From: an uncultured Methanosarcinaceae archaeon
GTDB taxonomy: Archaea > Halobacteriota > Methanosarcinia > Methanosarcinales > Methanosarcinaceae
DNA length: 64,000 nucleotides
Assembly (NCBI GenBank): GCA_963721455.1
Contig: CAVRJG010000041.1
Span: forward strand, 59,665 to 123,664
Direction: 5' to 3'
The position numbers and the translations under genes are program-made. Of this stretch, positions 43,680 through 54,364 are shown one piece after another (the first letter of the stretch is position 1; every line of letters starts with the position of its first letter). The notes under the pieces were generated by a model. It saw nothing but the letters and a program-made list of their open reading frames with translations. It was not told the origin of the DNA and did not search any database.

Positions 43680-44453
43680 TTATTCTAATATGAACTTTTC
43701 CATGCTTTCCGAATCTTCTACTTCCGGGCCTTCAGAATCTTTTAATGCACATCCTATTTTTCTCTCTGTTTTCCTTATTATGCCCCTCAAAGTCTGGACC
43801 TCCCTCGGAGTTAGTCCCGCCCTTCCGAATATTCTCCGCAGCATCAGAAAAGTTTTATCTTTTTTATGAGGTGGGTAATCTATTTCCTCCAGCAGTTCTT
43901 CCAGATGCCCGTATAGAAGCTGCAGGTCAAATCCGTCAGCAAGCGGACTGTTTCCTCCGTCCAGTTCCGACAGTTCGTAAAGCACCACTGCAACTGCGTG
44001 GGAGAGATTCATAATCGGGTATATTTCTGAAGTCGGAACCGTAATGAGCATATCAAAGCGTTTGAGTTCTTCATTCCGGAAGCCGCTGTCTTCCCGTCCT
44101 AATAGAATTGCAACTGTCCCGCTGTAATCTTTGAGTCTCTCTCTGGCTTCCTTCACAGTATAAAGAGGAAGCCGGATATGTTCTCCGCCCTTCTGGCTCG
44201 CAACGCCTGTAGTCCCTATCAGCAGGTTTGCGCCTTTTACGGCTTCATCAAGAGTTGAGGTAACCCTTGCTCCTTCAAGCACGTCTCTTGCATGGGACGA
44301 CATCGCTCTTGCCTGTCCCTCGAGTTTGCAGGGATTTACAAGCACCAGGTCAGTATATCCAAAGTTCTTCATTGCTCTTGCAACAGATCCGACATTTCCC
44401 TGGTACATGGGTTCTACGAGCACTATACGAATCTCAAGTGACAAATTTCTCAA
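43680..44453 (-). CDS. trmJ: tRNA methyltransferase TrmJ/SPOUT family
   Basis: VLVEP..GNVGSVARAMKNFG, GREDSG, YPIMNLSHAV. Confidence 0.9.
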   Translation of the reverse strand: MRNLSLEIRIVLVEPMYQGNVGSVARAMKNFGYTDLVLVNPCKLEGQARAMSSHARDVLEGARVTSTLDEAVKGANLLIGTTGVASQKGGEHIRLPLYTVKEARERLKDYSGTVAILLGREDSGFRNEELKRFDMLITVPTSEIYPIMNLSHAVAVVLYELSELDGGNSPLADGFDLQLLYGHLEELLEEIDYPPHKKDKTFLMLRRIFGRAGLTPREVQTLRGIIRKTERKIGCALKDSEGPEVEDSESMEKFILE

Positions 44454-44463
44454 TCCTTTTTAA

Positions 44464-44661
44464 CTAGTTCTCAAGGGTGATTGCATCTTCCATACAGACA
44501 GTCACACACATTCTGCAGCCCAGGCAGTAAGACGGATCCTTCAAAATGCAGACCTTTCTTCCATTTTTTTCTTCTATTGAGTAGATCCTCGGGCCTTTCG
44601 GGCAGGCGACCTTGCATTTACCACAGCCTGTACATTTCTCCTCATCAATATATATTTTCAT
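44464..44661 (-). CDS. 2x[4Fe-4S] ferredoxin
   Basis: CTGCGKCKVACP, CLGCRMCVTVC. Confidence 0.9.
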   Translation of the reverse strand: MKIYIDEEKCTGCGKCKVACPKGPRIYSIEEKNGRKVCILKDPSYCLGCRMCVTVCMEDAITLEN

Positions 44662-44890
44662 ACCGATTATTTTTCCATTTGTTGCCTGTTGTAGCCTATA
44701 TCTCTTCCCTATTTTAATTCTTGCTTTTTTGCAATTTCTTCCTCTTTATCTTTCCCAGATCTGTTAGTCTTAAGTTTCAGTCTTAAGTTTACCTGACCAG
44801 ATAGAGAAGTTAAATTGCAGGGCTCAAGCTTTGAATCTGCCTGAAATGCGGCTAAAACTTAGCTCGAAGAGCAATCCATGTTTAAGTATA

Positions 44891-44929
44891 AATACGATTA
44901 TCTTAAAGAAATACGATTATCTTAAAGAA
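44891..44929. repeat. Exact 19-bp tandem duplication (aatacgattatcttaaaga x2) in a promoter region
   Basis: Seen directly, just downstream of TATA-like tataaata. Confidence 0.75.
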
Positions 44930-44943
44930 TAAATGGTGATTTC

Positions 44944-45327
44944 ATGAGTCTTGAAAAGATTTTAAAAGACACTTTTAAAGGAGAGACCACTGAAGTTGGA
45001 TGGTATCTCGCAATGTCAAAGGTTGCAGAGCGGGAAGGGCATGCGGATATTGCAGTCTACCTCCGCCAGATTGCCATGGACGAGGCATGGCATGCTACAG
45101 AAGTGGCTGAGATCCTCGGACTCGTTAAGGAAACAACCCTTGAAAACCTTGAAATGATGCTTGAAGGAGAAAGCAAAGCCGAGGTCGAAAAAGCCGAAGC
45201 TGCAGAACTGGCCAGGAAGGAAGGCAACACAAAAGCCGCCCTTTTCTTTGAGAGGGCTTCTCTGGATGAAGCCAGGCATAAAGCAGGGCTTAATGGATTT
45301 CTGGGGAGGCTGAAAAAACAGCAATAA
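44944..45327 (+). CDS. Rubrerythrin/ferritin-like di-iron protein
   Basis: GETTE..Y, EAWH, EGE, DEARH. Confidence 0.88.
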   Translation: MSLEKILKDTFKGETTEVGWYLAMSKVAEREGHADIAVYLRQIAMDEAWHATEVAEILGLVKETTLENLEMMLEGESKAEVEKAEAAELARKEGNTKAALFFERASLDEARHKAGLNGFLGRLKKQQ

Positions 45328-45801
45328 GGAAAAGAAAACGGATCTTTGATCCATTTTTTTTCCATGTTTAAAATTTTTACAGTTGGCGGCTTTAACCGCT
45401 AATTACTCTGCTGGCTGCAATCTGGTTAATGTGTTCAAGATATACAGTCCTGCAGCAGGCTATGTTATATTAGACATGCAATTTTATATTGTCTTGAGCG
45501 AATATACTCTCTGGATCTGAAATCCTTTTCCGGATCCGAGAGATTATTCTTTTAATCCGGAAAAGTGCCGGAATATCGGGGTTTTCCGACTTCTGCATGG
45601 GGTCTAATTTCAGGGGGCTGAGGCAGAACTCATTATTGTGTGCCAGCTAATCCGTGAGTTGATCTGCTCTATGGGTTTAGCCTTTGCTTCCGATTTCCGA
45701 TACTGGTTTTAGGTTAAATAATGATATTAAAACTCAAAACAAATAACAAATAAATCCTGAAACAAACATGAAATCAATCAGGTTATGAGGAGTGGATAAA
45801 T

Positions 45802-46479
45802 ATGGTAAGCCATGAGTACGTGAAAGGTGATCTTCCGGAGAAGGCTGCAATCCTGCAAAGAGACGGGGAAACTTATGCAATCGCCCCCCATATTCCCGGA
45901 GGAATCATCTACCCAAAGACCCTTCGAAAGATAGCTGATATCGCAGAGAAATATGGGGCTGCGGCCCTCAAACTCACATCTGCCCAGAGGATCGCAATTG
46001 TAGGGCTAAAAGAAGAAGACCTGGATGCGGCATGGGCAGAACTGGATCTGAAACCTGGGGCTGCCATAGGGCTCTGCGTCCGCAGCATCAAAATTTGTCC
46101 TGGAACTACTTTCTGCAAGAGGGGCAAACAGGATGCTGTCGGGCTTGGATTGAAACTTGACGAAAAGTACCACGGAATGCAGCTTCCTTCCAAGTTCAAA
46201 ATGGCTGTTTCCGGCTGCCAGAATTCATGTTCCGAACCTATAATAAAAGATCTGGGACTCATGGGAACTGCAAAAGGCTATACTTTGTCTGTTGGAGGCA
46301 GTGCAGGTCCGCGTCCGAGGCTAGGAGATGTAGTGGCAAAGGACCTTTCCGAAGAGCAGGCCCTGGACCTTGTTGAAAAGATAATTAACTTTTATAAGGG
46401 ATATGGTAAGCCAAGGAGGATTGGAGAAGTACTGGATGAGATCGGGATTGAGAAGTTCAAAGCAGAAGTGGGGCTGTAA
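45802..46479 (+). CDS. Nitrite/sulfite reductase-like 4Fe-4S/siroheme protein
   Basis: ILQRD, PGG, TSAQR, CPGTTFC, KFKMAVSGCQNSC. Confidence 0.88.
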   Translation: MVSHEYVKGDLPEKAAILQRDGETYAIAPHIPGGIIYPKTLRKIADIAEKYGAAALKLTSAQRIAIVGLKEEDLDAAWAELDLKPGAAIGLCVRSIKICPGTTFCKRGKQDAVGLGLKLDEKYHGMQLPSKFKMAVSGCQNSCSEPIIKDLGLMGTAKGYTLSVGGSAGPRPRLGDVVAKDLSEEQALDLVEKIINFYKGYGKPRRIGEVLDEIGIEKFKAEVGL

Positions 46480-46946
46480 AAGGTTCCTGGAGCTGTAAAA
46501 CGCTCTTCTCAGGATAAAGTAACTCAATTATCCGGTTTATTTTTGCAGATTCATTTTCTCTTTTTCTGCAATTTTACTTTTCACTTTTCTTCAGCGGAAC
46601 TCCTTATTTTTCTGTCCGGAAGACTTCTATAAGCAAAATTTATAATTTATATATTATAATTTCAACATTATTTTACTGGATTTCCTTTTTCTTCTTCTGT
46701 TCGATAACTTCCAAGCTCCCCATTTTCGCGGCTCTTGCGGGCTTTTCGATGTATTGTTTATTAATGATAACGTTTAAATATAATAGATACAAAGACTAAC
46801 AGACTATTCAAACCTTATGCAGACTGTCTCTACGGTTATCATTCTGTCTTTACTATCATTGATGTCCTGTAATATAACAATTGTAAAAGCAGTATTAATT
46901 CCCAGTTTTTGATCCATACATAGGAGGAATAAATATCAGTAGTGAA

Positions 46947-47729
46947 ATGGCATACTTCTCTGGGCTCACGGATGCACTGAGAATTACGTTCGTCCAGATA
47001 ATGATACTCAGCGCAATAGCCGTTGTGATTTTCTTATATGGTATGATGATTAACCTCCAGAAATGGGGGGCAGGAGTCACAGGTTACGGCCTTGAACCTC
47101 AGGAAGGAAAAAAAGGAAGTGCGATCACATTCTTAAAAACCTGGTGGAAACAGGTAACAGAAGAGTCTCATCACGGACATGGAAAGCCTATCCTGGAGGT
47201 CCTCATTCTTGACATTGTGTTCCAGAGGAGAATTCTCAAAAGAAGCCCTCTTCGCTGGTTCATGCACATATGTATTGTTGGAGGCTGGATGACTCTGTTT
47301 GCCCTTTCAGGAATGATGTTTGCAGTCGAAATGACCGAAAAGATCGGAATTGAACTCCCATTCACTCCTGCCGAGTTTAGAGATCTGCTCTCTCTCCCGA
47401 ACTATATCTTCGGGTATATCCTGCTTATCGGAGTCATTATCGCAATAGTGAGAAGACTGTTTGTTTCTGAAGTCAGGGAAGCTTCCATTATGTATGACTG
47501 GACTTTGATCGGAATAGTTTTCTTAGTTACAATTTCCGGTTTTGTTGCCGATGGAATCCGAACAGGAATTATCTGGAGCTTTGGGCTTGACCCGGCATCA
47601 GCCCCTCCAGCAGCTCTCTTCCATTCCGTAATTTCCCTGCTCTTCTGTATCGCATATATCCCGTACAGTAAATATATTCACATAATCGCCACACCCCTTG
47701 CAATCCTTGCAAATAAAGGAGGCGAATAA
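46947..47729 (+). CDS. hdrE: Heterodisulfide reductase cytochrome b subunit
   Basis: Multi-TM, RWFMH, ALFH, SKYIH heme His motifs; directly upstream of hdrD. Confidence 0.93.
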   Translation: MAYFSGLTDALRITFVQIMILSAIAVVIFLYGMMINLQKWGAGVTGYGLEPQEGKKGSAITFLKTWWKQVTEESHHGHGKPILEVLILDIVFQRRILKRSPLRWFMHICIVGGWMTLFALSGMMFAVEMTEKIGIELPFTPAEFRDLLSLPNYIFGYILLIGVIIAIVRRLFVSEVREASIMYDWTLIGIVFLVTISGFVADGIRTGIIWSFGLDPASAPPAALFHSVISLLFCIAYIPYSKYIHIIATPLAILANKGGE

Positions 47730-47733
47730 AAAT

Positions 47734-48978
47734 ATGGCAAAACGTACCCCTTCAATCGATACGAAGAATCTTACCGCAGTCCAGCTTATGGAGCTCGACT
47801 CCTGCACTCGCTGCGGTGAATGTGTAAAATGGTGTCCAACTTATGCCGCTTCCGGCCAGAAACCAGGTTTAGCCCCAAGGGACAAGATCCTGCGCTGGAA
47901 GCAGTACATGAACAAGTCCTATGGACTTAAAGCAAAACTCTTCGGCCCCGAGGAAATCCCCCAGTCAGAACTCGAGGAATTCAAAGACGATGTTCACGGC
48001 TGTACAACCTGCGGTATATGCGGAACTGTTTGTGAATCAGGCATTAATACTGTGGAACTCTGGGAAGCCATGAGGGCAAACCTTGTAAAGAAGGGTATAG
48101 GTCCTTATGGGAAGCAGAGTATGTTCCCAAAACTTATTGGGCAATACCATAATCCTTACATGAAGGACCAGAAAGACAGACTTGCCTGGGTCCCCAAAGA
48201 CGTGAAAATTGCAAACAAAGCAGACATTGTATATTTCACGGGTTGTACTGCAGGGTATAATCAGCTCTCTTTAGCCTTTGCGACCTCACGTGTGCTCAAC
48301 AAGTTGGGCATTCCGTTTGCCATGCTTGGGGAAGAGGAATGGTGTTGCGGCTCAGCCCTTATCAGGACAGGCCAGGCACATATCAATGAGTTGCCCCGTG
48401 AAATTGCAAAACATAACGTCGAGGCAATCAAGAAAAAAGGTGCCAAAAAAGTTGTCTTTGCATGCGCAGGCTGTTTCCGTGCCGCAAAGATAGACTGGCC
48501 AAGGGCTTTAGGTAAGGAACTGCCTTTCGAGGTAATTCATATCACCGAGTTCCTCGCAGACCTGATAAAACAGGACAAAATTAAGTGGGAGAAGTCTATT
48601 AACAAGACAATTACTTACCACGACCCCTGCCACCTGGGCCGTCATGTAGGCGTCTTTGATGCCCCCAGATATGTGCTATCCCACATTCCTGGTGTCAAGT
48701 TTGTCGAAATGGACAGGGTAAAAGAATTCCAGCGCTGCTGTGGAGCCGGCGGTGGTGTAAAGGCAGGTCTTCCTGACCTTGCCTTAGGAGTCGCAGAATC
48801 CAGAGTTAAGGATGCCCTTGAAACTAATGCAGATATACTGTCCAGCGCCTGCCCATTCTGTAAGAGAAACCTGTCGGATGGCCGAGACGCACTCAAAGTC
48901 GACCTCGTTGTCGAGGATGTTATCGAACTGGTTGCAGAGGCTCTGGGCCTGAGCACGGAAGTACCAAAAGCAGCATGA
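47734..48978 (+). CDS. hdrD: Heterodisulfide reductase catalytic subunit
   Basis: Two 4Fe-4S motifs plus two CCG domains ([24 protein letters not shown]). Confidence 0.95.
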   Translation: MAKRTPSIDTKNLTAVQLMELDSCTRCGECVKWCPTYAASGQKPGLAPRDKILRWKQYMNKSYGLKAKLFGPEEIPQSELEEFKDDVHGCTTCGICGTVCESGINTVELWEAMRANLVKKGIGPYGKQSMFPKLIGQYHNPYMKDQKDRLAWVPKDVKIANKADIVYFTGCTAGYNQLSLAFATSRVLNKLGIPFAMLGEEEWCCGSALIRTGQAHINELPREIAKHNVEAIKKKGAKKVVFACAGCFRAAKIDWPRALGKELPFEVIHITEFLADLIKQDKIKWEKSINKTITYHDPCHLGRHVGVFDAPRYVLSHIPGVKFVEMDRVKEFQRCCGAGGGVKAGLPDLALGVAESRVKDALETNADILSSACPFCKRNLSDGRDALKVDLVVEDVIELVAEALGLSTEVPKAA

Positions 48979-49072
48979 AGCTGGTATTTTCCAGCTTTCT
49001 TTATTTCTTTTTTTTCTATTATTTGTTATTTTATAGCAAAACTTAAATACCGATACTTCCCTCCCCTTGAAC

Positions 49073-49708
49073 ATGTACATCCCTTACGAATTTCTCGGAA
49101 AAATATTCATATACCTGGTGCTTTTTGCTCTTGCAGGTACCGGGATTGCTCTGCTCATAGGGGCATATTCATTTAAAAATCACAGGATTATTTTTCCGGG
49201 GTTCGTACTGTTCACGCTATATCTTTTTTATTCTCCGGCAAAATGGCTTTGCAAAGTTTTCGGGATAAGGGATACCCTTGTTGATGATATCCTTATTGAT
49301 GTCCGGAATGCTGTTATGTATGATAATTTCCTGCGTGTTAAAGGCAAGAAGATTCTGCTCCTTCCTCAGTGCTTGCGTCATCCCAGTTGCAAGGCCAGGT
49401 GCGATCCGGTCCACGGGTATGAGTGCAAACGGTGCGGGCTATGTGATATTTCAAAACTCTCCGAGGCTGCTGACAGGTGCAATTTCCAGGTTTTTGTAGT
49501 GCCGGGGGGAAGCTTTGTCAAAAAAATCTTTAAGGAATACAGGCCTGAAGCCTGCCTGGGGGTCGCCTGCTACAACGAGCTTGCTGAAAATATGCAGGCT
49601 GTATCCGTTGTCCCTGTACAGGGTGTTCTCCTCCTCAGGGACGGCTGTTTTAATACTGAAGCCAATGTTGAGGAAATAATTCAAAAAATGGAGATGTTCA
49701 ATGTATAA
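49073..49708 (+). CDS. DUF116 family protein
   Basis: LLLPQCLR..C.A, C..CG.C.I, PGGS, GVAC..EL, DGC.NT. Confidence 0.88.
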   Translation: MYIPYEFLGKIFIYLVLFALAGTGIALLIGAYSFKNHRIIFPGFVLFTLYLFYSPAKWLCKVFGIRDTLVDDILIDVRNAVMYDNFLRVKGKKILLLPQCLRHPSCKARCDPVHGYECKRCGLCDISKLSEAADRCNFQVFVVPGGSFVKKIFKEYRPEACLGVACYNELAENMQAVSVVPVQGVLLLRDGCFNTEANVEEIIQKMEMFNV

Positions 49709-50321
49709 CATTATTGGGAAGGCACTTTTCTTTTTCATCGTCGCATCCCTTATTCTCTCAAGCATGGCTCTGGTTGTCAGCAGACGGAGCCTTACAAAAA
49801 ACGTTTATCTGGCAGGTTTTTTTGCAAGTATACTTGATTTCTTTTATTTGCCTCTAAGGCAACTTTTCCTCAAGTTTTCCGATACCCGCATTCTGGATAA
49901 ATGGATGGCTTCTTTGAAAAACGTAGCCTATAAGTCTGCTTTTACAAAAACAAAGAAAAGGATAATCCTGGCTCCGCACTGCATGCGGAACCTCAACTGC
50001 CCGGCACATTCAACGCAGACAGGGATACAGTGTAAATCTTGTGGAAAATGTGTTTTTACTCAGTTAAAGAAAGACGCCGAGAAATATGGATATAAATTAT
50101 TCGTTCTCACAGGTTCTTCCTATGTAAAAAACATCCTTAAAATGGAAGCTGCCGATGGTGTTCTTTTGATTGCCTGTGATTATGAAATAAACAAGGTCAT
50201 GCGTGCCCTCAAAGGAAAAAAAGTTGTAAGCTACGGCATTACTATGGAAAGGGACGGTTGCTTCGGGACAGAAGTAAATTACCAGAAGGTCCTGAATGTT
50301 TTTGAAACTTTTAAGAATTAA
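49701..50321 (+). CDS. DUF116 family protein (paralog)
   Basis: PHCMR..CPA, CKSCGKC, TGSS, IAC..E, DGCFGT. Confidence 0.88.
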   Translation: MYNIIGKALFFFIVASLILSSMALVVSRRSLTKNVYLAGFFASILDFFYLPLRQLFLKFSDTRILDKWMASLKNVAYKSAFTKTKKRIILAPHCMRNLNCPAHSTQTGIQCKSCGKCVFTQLKKDAEKYGYKLFVLTGSSYVKNILKMEAADGVLLIACDYEINKVMRALKGKKVVSYGITMERDGCFGTEVNYQKVLNVFETFKN

Positions 50322-50347
50322 GTGAAAGTAGTGGAAAACACAAAGTA

Positions 50348-51358
50348 GTGGAATTAATGATGGACAAAGAAATTAATATTTTAGGGGGAGGGATAAGCGG
50401 CCTTGCCTGTGCAATAATCCTTCGCAAAAATGAATATAAAGTTAATGTTTATGAAAAGGGCAGTTACGTTGGTAAAAGGTTCAACGAGGATTGGCAAGGG
50501 TTAGAAAACTGGTCTGAGAAAATTGATGTCCTGAAACAGATAGAATCATACGGCATCGATTTGTCTTTTGAGTATGAACCTCTTTCGGAATTAGCTGTGC
50601 ATTATTCAGGGAAAATGCAAACTGCCAGAGTAAAAAATGGCTGTTACCTGGTGAGGAGGGGAAGCAAAGAAGGGTGCCTGGATAAGGCTTTACTTGAACA
50701 GGCCGAAAAATTGGGAGTAAAAATTCACTTTAATTACAGGCAGGAAAGGGAACTGCCTGTTAAAGTAAATGCAACCGGCCCCAGGAATGCAACCGCCTTT
50801 GTAAGGGGAATCAAATTCAATACTAGCTTCGAGAGCGGCTATCATATGGCTTTTGGCCAGGATATAGCCAGAGGGTTCTACTCCTATCTCTTGACCAAAA
50901 ACGGGCACGGGACAATTGCAACCGTTTATGGACGCAAGAGCGCTCTTCGTTCGGAAGAGTTCCTTCAAAATACAGTTAGCTATTTTTCAGATTTTCTTGA
51001 TGAAAAGGAACTTTCTGCCGGGAAAAAATTTGGTGGGTATGGACACTTTGAAATAAGGAAAAATTATTATGATGATAACGGGGCAATGTTAATTGGAGAA
51101 GCAGGTGGATTTCAGGACTATCTCTGGGGATTCGGAATGAGATACGCCTTTCAGAGCGCGAATCTTGCTGCAAGAAGCATAATACAGAACGAATCATATA
51201 ACGATTTGATAAAAGAACATTTACTTAAAAAAATGAAACATTCAAACAGAAATAGACAAATTTCTGAAATGACGGGCCCTCTAGCGTATCCTATGCAATA
51301 TTATATGTTTGCATTCAGTAAGAACCCCCTTAAACTTTTGAATATTCTTTGTAGATGA
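50348..51358 (+). CDS. FAD-dependent oxidoreductase (geranylgeranyl reductase-like)
   Basis: ILGGGISG, IGEAGGFQD..GFGM. Confidence 0.8.
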   Translation: MELMMDKEINILGGGISGLACAIILRKNEYKVNVYEKGSYVGKRFNEDWQGLENWSEKIDVLKQIESYGIDLSFEYEPLSELAVHYSGKMQTARVKNGCYLVRRGSKEGCLDKALLEQAEKLGVKIHFNYRQERELPVKVNATGPRNATAFVRGIKFNTSFESGYHMAFGQDIARGFYSYLLTKNGHGTIATVYGRKSALRSEEFLQNTVSYFSDFLDEKELSAGKKFGGYGHFEIRKNYYDDNGAMLIGEAGGFQDYLWGFGMRYAFQSANLAARSIIQNESYNDLIKEHLLKKMKHSNRNRQISEMTGPLAYPMQYYMFAFSKNPLKLLNILCR

Positions 51359-51486
51359 TTCGAGATAATGATACTGGAAGATCAAGTTCATGTTGTGCTG
51401 ACCACCAGATCTCCAGAATTTACCATTTTTTGGAATCAGTCTGGCTATACTTTCTATGTATTCTCTGTATCCTCTGACTTCGTGAA

Positions 51487-52186
51487 TTCCAAAGGAGCCC
51501 ATGGGCTGGTCAAAACATGTGTACGGCCTGTAGATTCCAGGGAGGAATACGGGATATGCGTAGTTGCTGAAATCCCCGCCGAAGAAAGAGAAATTGAAGA
51601 GCGCCTGGGAAAAACCCTGGAGTTGCATTTTGGGGTTGCTGGCGGTGGATAAGGCTGGATTTTCCCCCATAAAACCTATTATTCCGTTGGAGTCGGTGGG
51701 GTTGTCAAGGATTTTCCGTATCCGAAAGAGTCCATGCTTGAGTTCCTGAAGGATAGTGGTTTTACCGAGGATTACAAATTGCATGGGCATAAGATCCCCT
51801 GGGGAGGGCTTAAGTGAAAAATCATGGGTTCAAGGGTCCTTCTAAGTGGAGATGCTGCCGGATTTGTAGACGCTTTTTCCGGTGAGGGACTTGCCTATGC
51901 AATCATTTCAGGACAGTTTGCTGCTGAGGTGATTGCAGGAATTTGACTGTGTGGCGGAAATCTCAAAGAATTGAGCAGATATGAGTCTCTCTGCCGGGCC
52001 GAGTTCGGGACTCACCTTAAGTACTCACTTATATTTTCCAGGATAATGCATCATTTCCCTGACCGAACATTTAAGATCTTCACATCAAGTGATAAGATGA
52101 TTGATAAATACCTTGAAGTTATGGATTTCAAGATTGATTATAAGGATTACCTGCGCTGGTCCCTCTTGAATTTCAAACTCAGGTAA
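51487..52186 (+). pseudogene. 5'-truncated geranylgeranyl reductase family pseudogene
   Basis: One frame reads HFG..G*GWIFP..GDAAGFVDAFSGEGLAYA with stops at 51650, 51815 and 51944; FAD-binding N terminus absent. Confidence 0.85.
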
Positions 52187-52332
52187 TAGAAGTAATCAGA
52201 ACCTTTTGTCAGGTATTCTCTTCTTCTTTCCTCTATCTTTTTATCTCTCCAGCCTTAATCTAACCTTAGGGGCAGGTTATTCCTGAGGTGCCGGTATATA
52301 GCTGCCCTCAGTTCATAAACAGGTGTCTTAGC

Positions 52333-53507
52333 ATGTATGATCTGATTATAGTAGGGGGAGGGCCTTCAGGGGCATCGGCTGGAAGGACAGCCGGAAAAAA
52401 GGGACTTTCAACCCTTCTGCTCGAGAAAGAAAATTTCCCAAGGTACAAGCCCTGCGGGGGGGTTCTTTCTTCTTATGGTTTATCTTGCCTGGATTTCAAG
52501 CTCCCGGAGTCCGTAATCGAGAGAAATATCTCAAAGGTGAGGGTTCATTTCAGAGGCCGTTTTGTAGAGGGAATGAAAGAAAGTAACTTAGCTTTACTGA
52601 TTTCCAGAAAAGTCTTCGATAACTATCTGCTTGAAAAAGCAAGGGAAACTGGAATTGAGGTTCATACCGGGGAAAAGGTACTGGACTGTTTTGAAAAAGA
52701 AGACTGTGTTGAGGTCAGGACCACGGATAATACCTATCTGGGAAGGTTTGTTCTTATTTCGGAAGGTTCAGGTGGAGTTCTTAAATACAAAGTAAGGCCG
52801 AGAGACAAAAGAACAGAATATTGTCTCGGTCTTGTGTCGGAAATACCTGACGAGGATGAGGCAATAAGGAGCCGGCTTCCAGGCACTATAGATATTCACT
52901 TCGGGATTGCGCAGGGGGGATACGGCTGGATTTTTCCTCATGCAGGGTATTATTCTGCAGGGATTGTGGGGACAGCTCAGTACCTTGAGCATCCGAAAAG
53001 AGTAATGCTGGATTTTCTGCAGGAAAACGGCTTTTCAGGTAGCTTTCCTGTTCATTCCCACATTATCCCGTAGGCGGGGTAAAAAGAAAAACAGTAAATT
53101 CAAGACTTCTTCTGAGCGGGGATGCTGCAGGATTTGTAGACGCTTTTTCAGGAGAAGGTATGGCATATGCCATCCGGTCAGGACAACTTGCTGCGGAGGC
53201 AGTTGCCGATCTTGTGATGTACGACCTGAAATTAAATAGACTCAAAGTGTACGAGTCAGCCTGCAGGCAGGAATTCGGGAATTACCTTGCCAGCTCTCTT
53301 AAACTGGAAAAAATAATGCACCGTTTCCCTGAAACCTCTTTTAAACTGGCTGTTAGCAACAGGGAAATTCTCGATAAATACCTGGATGAAGTGGTAACTA
53401 ATAGAAATTATAAGGACTATATCCGCTGGTTATTGCTGAATTTCTGTCTGGCTGAACCTGTCTCCATGATAAAGTCCCTGACACTGGAAGGGGCCGATAA
53501 GAACTGA
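52333..53507 (+). pseudogene. Geranylgeranyl reductase family gene with one frameshift near 53068
   Basis: GGGPSG, RYKPCGG, GYGWIFP then HIIP; the next frame continues VGGVKRK..GDAAGFVDAFSGEG. Confidence 0.85.
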
Positions 53508-53544
53508 AATAAAGAGAAAATGTGTAAAATGCGAAATATAAATG

Positions 53545-53652
53545 GAAAAAGAGACTTAAAAGGAGACTTAAAAAGAAACTTAAAAAGGGACTTAAAAGGG
53601 GACTTAAAGAGAGAATTAACAGGGGACTTAAAAAGAGAATTAAAAGGAATAA
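53545..53652. repeat. About 9 copies of a degenerate 12-bp repeat (aaaagrgactta)
   Basis: Seen directly between the GGR gene and the 3' end of RNase P RNA. Confidence 0.75.
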
Positions 53653-53661
53653 GATAAGTTT

Positions 53662-54028
53662 ATGCGAGTGAGGCACGTAAGCTCCCTTCTGTTCCTGCAA
53701 AAACTTCCTGCCACCCACCGGTGGAGGAAATGGTCCCTGAGGACTCTTGCAGCGACGGCATTCGGCTATGCGTTTCCAAAAATAACCGGGAGATTCCGGA
53801 CTCTCTTTCTTCCCGATTTCCAACTTGCACCCACGAGGATTCGCCGTTTCATCCACTCTCCCTGAGACCTCAGCGTCTGCATCATCGCATTTTCAGGGGG
53901 TGGTTATCGTTTCTGTGCCAGGGCCCGGGCTCTCGCCCGACATCCTTTACAGATGTTCGTGTATCCGGAGCGGTGGGGAGACTTTCCTCAGACCAGATGG
54001 CCCGTCAGCCGTCCAGCCTCTCTCGCAT
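53662..54028 (-). ncRNA. rnpB: RNase P RNA
   Basis: Minus strand P1 ATGCGAG..CTCGCAT, GAGGAAAGTCTCCCC, ACAGAAAC, GAAACGGC, AACAGAAGGGAGCTTA. Confidence 0.96.
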
Positions 54029-54364
54029 TCTACTTACTAATTGGCCCTATATATTTTCTAGTTATTTATATTTATTGGGGACCAGCATCCGCACAGGGTT
54101 GAAAGAAGGATTTCTCTGCGATCATATGTTATAGTTTCATTTTCTTCTCCGGTGCGGTTACAGGTACCCCGTTTCCTTATAGTTTATATAAATTTTGTGT
54201 GTTTGGGATATGTCCAAATATTAATATATATGCATTATTATTCGTAAGTTATGGATGGACTTTTTCCATCTTCAAGGCTTGTCCGAAAAAAGATTATCGG
54301 TACTTTAATATCTGACAATAGCTATGATTTGTCAGTTTGCAGGCTTATTTTCAAGAGGTAAAAC

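Noticed and set aside
51810-51950. In-frame TGA codons as selenocysteine
   Set aside because: They occur with a TAA stop and a 5' truncation at non-catalytic positions, which indicates ordinary decay.
53060-53082. TAG in the GGR gene as possible pyrrolysine readthrough
   Set aside because: An in-frame TAA follows two codons later, and homology continues in another frame, so this is a frameshift.
53545-53652. Short tandem repeats here and at 27010 and 30623 as CRISPR arrays
   Set aside because: Contiguous degenerate units with no unique spacers and no cas genes.
53662-54134. ORFs 53662-53865, 53721-54134 and 53825-54040
   Set aside because: They lie antisense to RNase P RNA.
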